This document shows, piece after piece, positions 24,587 through 31,657 of a stretch of DNA of 36,171 nucleotides; position 1 is the stretch's first letter; every line of letters begins with the position of its first letter. A program made the translations under genes and the position numbers. The DNA is taken from IMG/VR virus record IMGVR_UViG_3300042109_000082, positions 1-36,171 of that record. The stretch is one strand, 5' to 3'. This DNA is from a virus (taxonomy: Duplodnaviria; Caudoviricetes). A model generated the notes under the pieces. That model was not told the DNA's origin and ran no database searches. It saw only the letters and a program-made list of their open reading frames with translations.

Positions 24587-24816
24587 AAGTCGCGGAGCTT
24601 CATGCTGACCCGCAGGCCGATGGCAAGGGCTTCCGCGTCCGTGACCGCGCTTGCCTGATCCTTCGGGCGCAGGCACCGCTTCACAATTTCGATGAGCTGC
24701 GCGTTCGTCGGCTCCGGCGTACCCGTCAGGGCGATCTCTGCCATGACGAGCAGACCGTCGATCTGGAACTGCACCTCTCCGACTTGGACGCTGATGTTGA
24801 AATCGTCGTTGTTCAT
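24565..24816 (-). CDS. Tail assembly chaperone (gpG-like)
   Basis: Follows the tail tube gene; ends ...DLGKALAP with in-frame G GGA AAA slippery heptamer. Confidence 0.8.
   Translation of the reverse strand: MNNDDFNISVQVGEVQFQIDGLLVMAEIALTGTPEPTNAQLIEIVKRCLRPKDQASAVTDAEALAIGLRVSMKLRDLGKALAP
24580..24586 (-). promoter_or_regulatory. -1 programmed ribosomal frameshift site GGGAAAA
   Basis: TTG GGA AAA GCA gives an X XXY YYZ heptamer in the correct phase, analogous to lambda G-T GGGAAAG. Confidence 0.85.
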
Positions 24817-24831
24817 GCGGCCATCCTACGG

Positions 24832-25350
24832 TCAAGAGGTCGAGCGCGTGTAGATGCTCGCACCAGTCGTTCCCGGCAGGATCTCAAACTTGAAACCCGC
24901 TCGGGTCGGCTTGTTGCCGATGTCCTTCACCGTCGTGGTGATGAGCCGACACCGATCCACGGTGTAGTGCGGTGCGCTCGTAATGTCGGAATCGACCTTC
25001 AGGGCGACAAGAAGCGCACCCGATGGGTCGTAGGCGAGCGATCCGACCTTGGGGAAGTAGAAGGTGTTCGTCGTGCTTCCGCTCTGACCATCCACCCGCT
25101 GAAGCAGCGAAGCCAACTGGTCAGGGTCATAGGTGACCATCGTGAAGTTCACGAACGCCCGTGCGCCCATCAGGATCGCATCGGCGGGGTTGTTGCCGAA
25201 CTCGTTCGTGAAAACATCGTTGTACTGGTACTCGATGTCGATGCTGAACAGATCGTCGTTATCAGTTCGACCGAGTTCGGTTGCCGGAGTGGTTCCGGCG
25301 TTGCCCCACAGGATCTTGTGCGGGCCTGTCACATTCAGGATCACGGGCAT
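24832..25350 (-). CDS. Major tail (tube) protein
   Basis: LNVTGP...ELGRT...I.....DV.T..FG..P.D....G..A.V.F.M pattern; immediately upstream of the chaperone pair; GGAGG SD. Confidence 0.8.
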   Translation of the reverse strand: MPVILNVTGPHKILWGNAGTTPATELGRTDNDDLFSIDIEYQYNDVFTNEFGNNPADAILMGARAFVNFTMVTYDPDQLASLLQRVDGQSGSTTNTFYFPKVGSLAYDPSGALLVALKVDSDITSAPHYTVDRCRLITTTVKDIGNKPTRAGFKFEILPGTTGASIYTRSTS

Positions 25351-25372
25351 GGAAGTCCTCCGATGGGATACT

Positions 25373-25885
25373 CTAACGCGCTCCGAGGGCGCGAGCGATA
25401 GCCCGTGCCACCTCTCGGCGGGCCGCTTGCGGCATGGCGAAGATCGGGCGGGCGGGCACGGTCACGCCGTTCCGAGCGAGCGCGTACTCGCCGCGCTTCA
25501 TGGCCTTGGGGTCACGCCGCACCGCGCCACGGGTGAACGGGATGAAGTTTGGCCCGCTCGTCTTGAAGCCGTGCTGATGGAACGCAGCGATAATTGAGCC
25601 CTGCAAGGTCATGCGAATGCCGCTCCCGGTCGCGGTCGTTTCAGCGGTCAGCGAGCGGTACAGGTCGCCCGTGTCCTTGAGCGGCACCCCGCCCTTGCGG
25701 TAGTGGTCGATGGTTCGCTTTTTCTTGCCCTTGCCGATGGTCACCGTGGCCGTGTCGGCCCACAGGGCCGCATAGCCGCCCACATCCGCGCCTCGGGAGT
25801 CGATTCGGGCCTGCGCCTGCTTCACGAGGATGCGAGCGACCTCGGAGGCTTGTAGACGCTTCAGGAGCCTCGCACGAAGATCCAT
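25373..25885 (-). CDS. Virion morphogenesis protein (Mu gpG / P2 gpS-like)
   Basis: PLKDTGDLYRSL...AAFHQHG...VTVPARP motifs. Confidence 0.85.
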   Translation of the reverse strand: MDLRARLLKRLQASEVARILVKQAQARIDSRGADVGGYAALWADTATVTIGKGKKKRTIDHYRKGGVPLKDTGDLYRSLTAETTATGSGIRMTLQGSIIAAFHQHGFKTSGPNFIPFTRGAVRRDPKAMKRGEYALARNGVTVPARPIFAMPQAARREVARAIARALGAR

Positions 25886-26376
25886 CAGTACGCCTGCGTG
25901 CGACGGGTCGGGAAGAAGGTCGAATCGGCGGTCATCGACAGGCTTCCGCGAGTACTGCTTGAAATGATGGCGACCGTGGCCGTTCCGGCCCCACGGTTGA
26001 CATCCACCGCGAACACTCGCTTCCCGTCACGAAGGTCGTTCAGCGTCTCGTTCGCTCGCATGGCTTTCGCCTTGATGCTCTCGGGCACATCGCCGCCGCG
26101 CCGCTCAAACAGGAAGCAGAGGGCCAAGTCGGCCACGAGGCCGCGCAGCATCCCGTTCCCGTCCGTGCCAAGCGTCTCAATCTCGGCCACGGTGTAGGCG
26201 TTCGACCGGGTGGCCGCGCTCGCGACCTCCTCCCCGGCCCGGAGCAGAGCTTCCGTGATGATCGTGGACGAGGCCACGGTGCCATCCGAGTTCGTGTCAG
26301 ATGCCAGTTCAGCGAGCAGCCGAGCGTCCGCATAGAGCGCGAAGTTGCTGTTCGACAGGAGTTGCGCCATCGGCAT
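25885..26376 (-). CDS. Head-tail adaptor (Mu gp36 / DUF1320-like)
   Basis: LLAEL..D...I.EAL..A..EV...Y...LVADLA...L..RR...A.E.L..L.DGK pattern; follows the capsid gene. Confidence 0.8.
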   Translation of the reverse strand: MPMAQLLSNSNFALYADARLLAELASDTNSDGTVASSTIITEALLRAGEEVASAATRSNAYTVAEIETLGTDGNGMLRGLVADLALCFLFERRGGDVPESIKAKAMRANETLNDLRDGKRVFAVDVNRGAGTATVAIISSSTRGSLSMTADSTFFPTRRTQAY

Positions 26377-26389
26377 AGGTCAATCCTCC

Positions 26390-26426
26390 AAGAAAGAGGG
26401 CCGCCCGGTGGTTAGCCGAGCGGCCC
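26390..26426 (-). terminator. Intrinsic terminator after the major capsid gene
   Basis: GGGCCGCTCGG-CTAACCA-CCGGGCGGCCC-TCTTTCTT on the minus strand. Confidence 0.8.
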
Positions 26427-26451
26427 GTTAGTTGCTGCCGTTAGGGCCGCG

Positions 26452-27507
26452 TCAGGTCGTGCAGTCCGCGAGAGCAAGGCCGGACAGCGGAGCGGTGATG
26501 ACCACCGCGCTGTTGTCGGTCACGCTGCCACGAATGCGGCGGTTCCACGGATCTTCCAGCGTCTCCACGGTCATGTCCTCGTAGGCGAAGACCGAGCAAG
26601 TGCTGAAGGACGGGCCTTCGTTGCCGACCAGTCCACCCGGACGGCTGACGAAGTACATTCCGCTCCCGTAGAAGAAGCCACGGGTGTTCGCGCCGCCCTT
26701 GCGGGTCGAAACGCGCACCGTGTCATCCACCACCACGCCGCCGAGGCCGAAGAGGTTCTGCGGCAGGCCGTACGCGGCGAAGGTCGTGTCACCCTTCAGG
26801 AAGTTCAGAGCGTGCGGGGTGTTCTTGATGTAATCGCGAACGCCCTCGCTACCTGCAAGACGACGCGCAGTGGTCGGGTTGACAATCAGGTAGATGTCCT
26901 GCGGGCCGACCACGCCAACGGTGTTCTGAACAATCTTCTCAATCGCGGTACGAATGATCGTCTGAACATTATCGCCGCTGCTGGTGATGGGAACCGCGCC
27001 ACCCGTCAGAGCCGTGGTGTTCGCAAAGTAGTTCACACCCGTAGTCCACGGCTGCGTGATCGTCTCGCTACCAGCCGACACGCCTGCGGTCGTGATGAGG
27101 TTCGCCATGCGGTACGCACGGTGAGTCATCATCTTGGCAGCAGCAATGCGAGCGTGGCTAGCCACGACATCCCACTGCGCCTGCCGCGCAGTCTCCTGCG
27201 GGATGGCGAAAGACGACTGGAACCGCTGCGCCGTCCACTGCGTCCAGTCGAGGTCGCTGTTGATGCCAGTCGGGCGATCCTCGCCGAGCGGCCACTGGAG
27301 ATCCTGCGTGTTGACCACGCGAGCAGTCTCCTCCTCGTCGATGCGGAGGTAGTAGCCGCTCATCTGCTGCACAGGCACGATCTGCGCGTACTGGGTGATC
27401 GGGAAGCGGTTCACCGAGCGGGTGAACTCGACCTGAATCTGACCAGTCGCCGCCGAGAAGGTGGGGATGAAGGTGTTCAGCCCACCGCCAATTCCGTATT
27501 CAGCCAT
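26452..27507 (-). CDS. Major capsid protein
   Basis: 351 aa, after protease/scaffold and decoration genes, strong AAGGAG SD, followed by a terminator; HK97-like features (YAQIVPV...GYY; YGLP..LFG). Confidence 0.85.
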   Translation of the reverse strand: MAEYGIGGGLNTFIPTFSAATGQIQVEFTRSVNRFPITQYAQIVPVQQMSGYYLRIDEEETARVVNTQDLQWPLGEDRPTGINSDLDWTQWTAQRFQSSFAIPQETARQAQWDVVASHARIAAAKMMTHRAYRMANLITTAGVSAGSETITQPWTTGVNYFANTTALTGGAVPITSSGDNVQTIIRTAIEKIVQNTVGVVGPQDIYLIVNPTTARRLAGSEGVRDYIKNTPHALNFLKGDTTFAAYGLPQNLFGLGGVVVDDTVRVSTRKGGANTRGFFYGSGMYFVSRPGGLVGNEGPSFSTCSVFAYEDMTVETLEDPWNRRIRGSVTDNSAVVITAPLSGLALADCTT

Positions 27508-27545
27508 TTGTCATTGCTCCTTGTGTTTGGGGGTTGGCTGTCAGA

Positions 27546-27947
27546 TCACGGGTAGTAACGCCAGCCGCTGACCTTCTGAACGCGGATGATGAGTCCATCC
27601 GCACCGCTCTGAAGGGCGACATAGCCGTGGAAACGCGAGCCAGTCGTGGTCGTGGCGGTCTGCGCCTTGCCGTTCCCATCGGACTCCACCAGCGAGCCGC
27701 GCGTGATGCTGCCGCTGCACTGCACGAGAACGACATCGCCGCCCTGAAGGGTGATCGGATCGCCGCTCACCGCGTGGTTCGCGCTCGTCGGGCCATTGGT
27801 GCTGCCGTCGCTCACGCCGAGAATCGTGGTGTTCGCTTCCGCAGCCTGAAGGCCGGTATCGTCCGCAGCGGTCGAAACCTTGACGAAGCGGAACGGCGCA
27901 ATCGTGCCGCCCGCGATGAGTGCCGGAGTGTCAGAGAAAGATCCCAT
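27546..27947 (-). CDS. Capsid decoration/cement protein (DUF2190-like)
   Basis: A.GTIAPFRFVK...LGVS...GD.I...G.V.V..SG.ITRG.LV.SD..GKA...G.AL..GADG.II.V. Confidence 0.8.
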   Translation of the reverse strand: MGSFSDTPALIAGGTIAPFRFVKVSTAADDTGLQAAEANTTILGVSDGSTNGPTSANHAVSGDPITLQGGDVVLVQCSGSITRGSLVESDGNGKAQTATTTTGSRFHGYVALQSGADGLIIRVQKVSGWRYYP

Positions 27948-27965
27948 TGGTCTGTTTCCTTTCGA

Positions 27966-29228
27966 TCAGGCGGTCTTCTGACCGCTGTACTTTGCGAACA
28001 GGCTCTTGAACTTGGCGAGGTCGCCCGCAGCCTCATGCACCGCACGCGCGGTAGCGGCCTTGATGTCCATTGAGGGCTGACCCTCGTCGGTCACGGTGTG
28101 CTGCGCGACGGTCGGCACATTGATGGGGTTGCGAGCCATCGTGGCCTTCCAGAACGCGATCTTCGCCGAGGGGTTGCCGCTGTCGGCCAGTTCCTCGACC
28201 ATGCTGTTGCGGAACTTGCCGCAGCGGTAGCCGTCGCGGATCATGCCGTCGACTTCCTTGCCAAACCGCTCCAGTCGGAGCTGACGCTCGAGTTCCTGAA
28301 CGCGGGCGAACAGAGCCTTCTCGCTCGTCTTGCTCTTGCTCATCTTGGCCTTTCCGCCGTAAGCGGCCCCCATCTCCTCCTCCTCCTCCTCCTCCTCGCC
28401 GGAGTGGGAGCCGATGTCCACATGGACGGCATCCTCGAACTTCTCCGCGTCCTCGGCGGCGTAGGCCATCTCGGCCTCATCGCCCTCCGCAGCCATCGCG
28501 GCAGCGTCGGCCTCTGCGGCCATCTCGTCCTCATCCTCGTCAGCGGCACACTCTGTAGCGGCGGCGGCGAGAGCCTTCTTGGCCTCCTCGTCATGCTGCT
28601 CCATCTGCTTCTTCATCTTGCTCGGCATTTTCTTTCCTTTGGTTCCTGACGGGATGAAGGTGTTCAGACCTCCGCCCACGCCAATTTCATCGAAAGTTTC
28701 CTTGGAGTCAATAGAAACGCGCACGACTCCCATAGGCCGCTCGAAGACCACCTTCGAGCCATGCTTCGTGAACCTCGTGTCCGGCAGCGGCCTGCGCGGC
28801 GTGTCACGCCCGAGCAGAGCCACCTCCGACAGATGGTTGTCCTTCCAGATTTCCGCACTGCGGCGGGGGTAGGCGTTGCTCGCCAGCAGCGAATCGAACG
28901 CCTCCTTCGGCATCTCGACATCGCCCACGACATAGGCAACGCCGTTGCGCTCCTCGTAGCGAACGCTGGTGATGTCGCCGACCGCCTCGGGCCGAGTGGG
29001 CTTGCCGTCCTTCTCGTGTTCGATGACGAGCTTCGGGCGCGAGCCGCGCGAGATGAACTTGCCCGTGCGGGAAACGATGTCCTTCACGCGGCCATTGTCA
29101 TACGCCTGCATGGCCTCGTCCTCGTCCGAGTCAATGGACGGATCGAAGCCCATGAACAACTCAAGGTTCTTGATGCGAACCTTGCCTTCCGAGGTGTTCT
29201 CGACGGTGTGGGAGGCTTGCATGGTCAT
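27966..29228 (-). CDS. Prohead protease-scaffold fusion (Mu gpI/Z-like)
   Basis: IEHEK, YPRRSAEI and LSEVALLGRDTP protease motifs; acidic/helical C-terminal half; possible internal scaffold start at 28628 (AAAGGAAAGAAAATG). Confidence 0.8.
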   Translation of the reverse strand: MTMQASHTVENTSEGKVRIKNLELFMGFDPSIDSDEDEAMQAYDNGRVKDIVSRTGKFISRGSRPKLVIEHEKDGKPTRPEAVGDITSVRYEERNGVAYVVGDVEMPKEAFDSLLASNAYPRRSAEIWKDNHLSEVALLGRDTPRRPLPDTRFTKHGSKVVFERPMGVVRVSIDSKETFDEIGVGGGLNTFIPSGTKGKKMPSKMKKQMEQHDEEAKKALAAAATECAADEDEDEMAAEADAAAMAAEGDEAEMAYAAEDAEKFEDAVHVDIGSHSGEEEEEEEEMGAAYGGKAKMSKSKTSEKALFARVQELERQLRLERFGKEVDGMIRDGYRCGKFRNSMVEELADSGNPSAKIAFWKATMARNPINVPTVAQHTVTDEGQPSMDIKAATARAVHEAAGDLAKFKSLFAKYSGQKTA

Positions 29229-29977
29229 GCCCGGAGAGCCAAGATCGAATCCTTTGGCTCGTAATTCACAACGGGGTAGACATCGACAACCACGGGCTGA
29301 CCCTTCGCACTCCCCTTTGCGGATGCAAGCATTTGCTTTGCGAGCGTTTTTGCTTCCTCAAGAGACTTCACACTTCGTTGCCCCACGGGCTGCGAGCCGA
29401 TGAAAGATGCCACGGTGTAGGTGACATTTTCCGCAAACCGCTCCTTGCCGAAGTAGAAGCGATCCTCGACGGCCATCGTGTCCTTCACGCCGGGGCGGGA
29501 GGCGCGAAGCAAGTGTCGTTCCTTGAACTGACCGATACCAAGCTTGCTTTCATCAACAAGTCGATACACGGGTTCCGAGTTGTTGTCCGTCCACATCTGT
29601 GCCACAATTCCAATCACATCGCCGTGTGTATTACGAACCTTATCGCCAACCTTGAACTTTGGCTGCGCCATCGTGTCCTTCGCGCCGGGGCGGGAGGCGC
29701 GTTCCAGCATTCGGCTAAAGTCAATTTCGACCACGCCAACATCCTCGGCGGGTAGTCCCGCTTCGGCTGGATGCGACACCTCACGCGACTTCATCGCGTT
29801 TTCCGGAACGCCCATTTGCTTCATTGCGGGCTTGAGTTGACTGACATATCGACTCGCCTCGCCCTTCTGATTTTCAAACAGAATCGTGGCGTGTGTTCCT
29901 CGCACAATGACGCGCGTTGGCTTGAAGCCATAGCGTCGCGTCAGCGACATTACTCGGGATTCGATGTCACTTGCCAT
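29225..29977 (-). CDS. Modular head-region protein 2 (three small domains joined by repeated linkers)
   Basis: RASRPGAKDTMA and RASRPGVKDTMA linkers flank a KFKVGDKV (SH3/Tudor-like) module; EDRFYFGKERFA. Confidence 0.75.
   Translation of the reverse strand: MASDIESRVMSLTRRYGFKPTRVIVRGTHATILFENQKGEASRYVSQLKPAMKQMGVPENAMKSREVSHPAEAGLPAEDVGVVEIDFSRMLERASRPGAKDTMAQPKFKVGDKVRNTHGDVIGIVAQMWTDNNSEPVYRLVDESKLGIGQFKERHLLRASRPGVKDTMAVEDRFYFGKERFAENVTYTVASFIGSQPVGQRSVKSLEEAKTLAKQMLASAKGSAKGQPVVVDVYPVVNYEPKDSILALRA
29472..29506. repeat. 35-bp direct repeat, copy 1 (RASRPGVKDTMA linker)
   Basis: gccatcgtgtccttcacgccggggcgggaggcgcg; 34/35 identical to 29667..29701. Confidence 0.95.
29667..29701. repeat. 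35-bp direct repeat, copy 2 (RASRPGAKDTMA linker)
   Basis: gccatcgtgtccttcgcgccggggcgggaggcgcg. Confidence 0.95.
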
Positions 29978-30602
29978 TCTTCACCTCCACATTCCAATAG
30001 CGTCCGGTGGTAGCCACGGGACTGGTTGCGCTGTAGCCCTTCGACGCGACCCGCCGCCCGAAATCGCGGGCAAGGTCTGCGTCCTCAAACGAAATCACGA
30101 GCGTGTCGCTGCCGACCTGCACGGCCCGCCATCCGCCGTCCGGCATCGCCTTCGCCGCGAGCAACTTGCCGAGCATTGGCGACTTGCTTGCCTCGGCAAA
30201 CGCGCCGCGCTCAAGGCTGGATGCGTCGAACTTCTCGGGCTGGCCGGGGCGGGACATCTTTGTCACCAGCCGTAGTGGAGCCTTGTAGGTTTGTGGGCCG
30301 TATTTGTCCGTTGTTTCGGACTGAATAAATGCGTACCCATCTTCGATCTTAGTGATTCGTCCTCTGAATCCAGCACCTCCAGCCGTCGCTAGACCTGCGT
30401 GGACACGATCACCCACCTTCAATTCATTTGCAAACTTCTCCTCGCCACCCGCTGCGTTCTTCATCGGCACACAGTTCGGCACGGTGCGCCCGTCCTTCTG
30501 CTTCGTGCCGACAGGCTCGTAGCCCTCCCAACACGCATCCTCAAGGCCGAACCGCTCGGGCTGGCCGGGCTTTCCGAAGTAGAACTTGTCTTCTGTGTTC
30601 AT
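29967..30602 (-). CDS. Modular head-region protein 1
   Basis: EDKFYFGKPGQPERF; CWEGYEPVGTKQKDGRTVPNCVP mini-domain; EEKFA-LKVGDRV SH3/KOW-like module; SRPGQPEKF linker. Confidence 0.75.
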   Translation of the reverse strand: MNTEDKFYFGKPGQPERFGLEDACWEGYEPVGTKQKDGRTVPNCVPMKNAAGGEEKFANELKVGDRVHAGLATAGGAGFRGRITKIEDGYAFIQSETTDKYGPQTYKAPLRLVTKMSRPGQPEKFDASSLERGAFAEASKSPMLGKLLAAKAMPDGGWRAVQVGSDTLVISFEDADLARDFGRRVASKGYSATSPVATTGRYWNVEVKNGK

Positions 30603-31657
30603 CGCTTGAATCCGGGGTCGGGGTACTCGCCTCTGTCGATGATGCGCTGCCGTGCTGCGTTATATCGCGCAAGTGCCTTCCGATCTAGCGTTTCGTCCTC
30701 GCGCACGAAACCCATCTCGCGGGCCTCGTCAAAGGTCACGGGCGTTAGCGCACCTCGGCAGTTGAAGCCGTTGGGCGGCACGAGCCCCTGCCGCTTGAAG
30801 TCCGCAGCCGTCGCAATGTAGCCGTCCATCTGCCAATGCGAGCCGGGGTTCCGGCTGTCGCCCTTTCGACGGTACACGCCGCCCGGTGCGCCGCGCGTCC
30901 GGCTGTCGTGGATCTCGACCAAGCGCAGCAGGGGAGCCCATGAAGCCACGGCAGGCTTGTCCATCACCTCGGCAGTGGCCTCGTTGTACGCGGTCGCCGT
31001 GTTCGTGCGGTAGACCGTTTCCATCCGCGCCGTGGTCATCCCCACGATGCCCTCGACCTGCGCCCGCCGGATGAATCCTGACAGCCCGCCCGTCTTCAGA
31101 CCCGCCGGCATCGCGCTGGTTTCGATGCTGCGGGCGATCAGTTCTTTCAGTCGCTTCGCCTGCGCCGCCGTCGCGCCCTTGACGCGGAACGAGCCGTCGA
31201 GCGTGGCCCGCAACGCCTCCAATCGCCTGGTCAAGTCGCGTAGGGCCGTTCGGCTCTCGGTGCGTGCGATGCGGTCGGCGAGCCGCTGCATCTCGCGCCG
31301 GATGCGCCGTGTCTCCGTCCACGAGCGCGGGATGCGCCGCCGGAAGGCCCGCAGGGCTTCCCAAAACACGCCGGGCGTGAATCCCACCTTAGCAACGCGA
31401 TCCGCGAAGGTGTCCGGCTTCTCGTCCGGCCACTCCTCCGGCTCCCATTCGTTCCCCTGCGCCTTCGTGGCCGCGTAGGCCCGCGCCTGCCCGGCTAGGA
31501 CGGTCAGGGTCAGCACCTGGCCCAACGCCTCGCCGTACCGCTCCCACGCCTCGGCAGCGTCCTCCGGCTCCTCGCGCACCTGCGCGGCAAGGGCGGCGCG
31601 ATACCACCGCGCGACCTCGCGCAGCCCGCGCTTGTAGATGCGGTCGAACTCGGTCAC
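30599..31657 (-). CDS. Head morphogenesis protein (Mu gpF / SPP1 gp7 family)
   Basis: RMETVYRTNTATAYN...DSRTR...H..MDG...PPNGFNCRG. Confidence 0.9.
   Translation of the reverse strand: MTEFDRIYKRGLREVARWYRAALAAQVREEPEDAAEAWERYGEALGQVLTLTVLAGQARAYAATKAQGNEWEPEEWPDEKPDTFADRVAKVGFTPGVFWEALRAFRRRIPRSWTETRRIRREMQRLADRIARTESRTALRDLTRRLEALRATLDGSFRVKGATAAQAKRLKELIARSIETSAMPAGLKTGGLSGFIRRAQVEGIVGMTTARMETVYRTNTATAYNEATAEVMDKPAVASWAPLLRLVEIHDSRTRGAPGGVYRRKGDSRNPGSHWQMDGYIATAADFKRQGLVPPNGFNCRGALTPVTFDEAREMGFVREDETLDRKALARYNAARQRIIDRGEYPDPGFKR

Noticed and set aside
28374-28397. (TCC)n microsatellite
   Set aside because: Encodes a poly-Glu run in the acidic scaffold; triplet unit cannot phase-vary the frame.
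29490-30253. CCGGGGCGGG in the head-protein linker repeats resembling the GGGGC leader loop
   Set aside because: On the non-transcribed strand, explained by Ser-Arg-Pro-Gly codons, and not in a hairpin.
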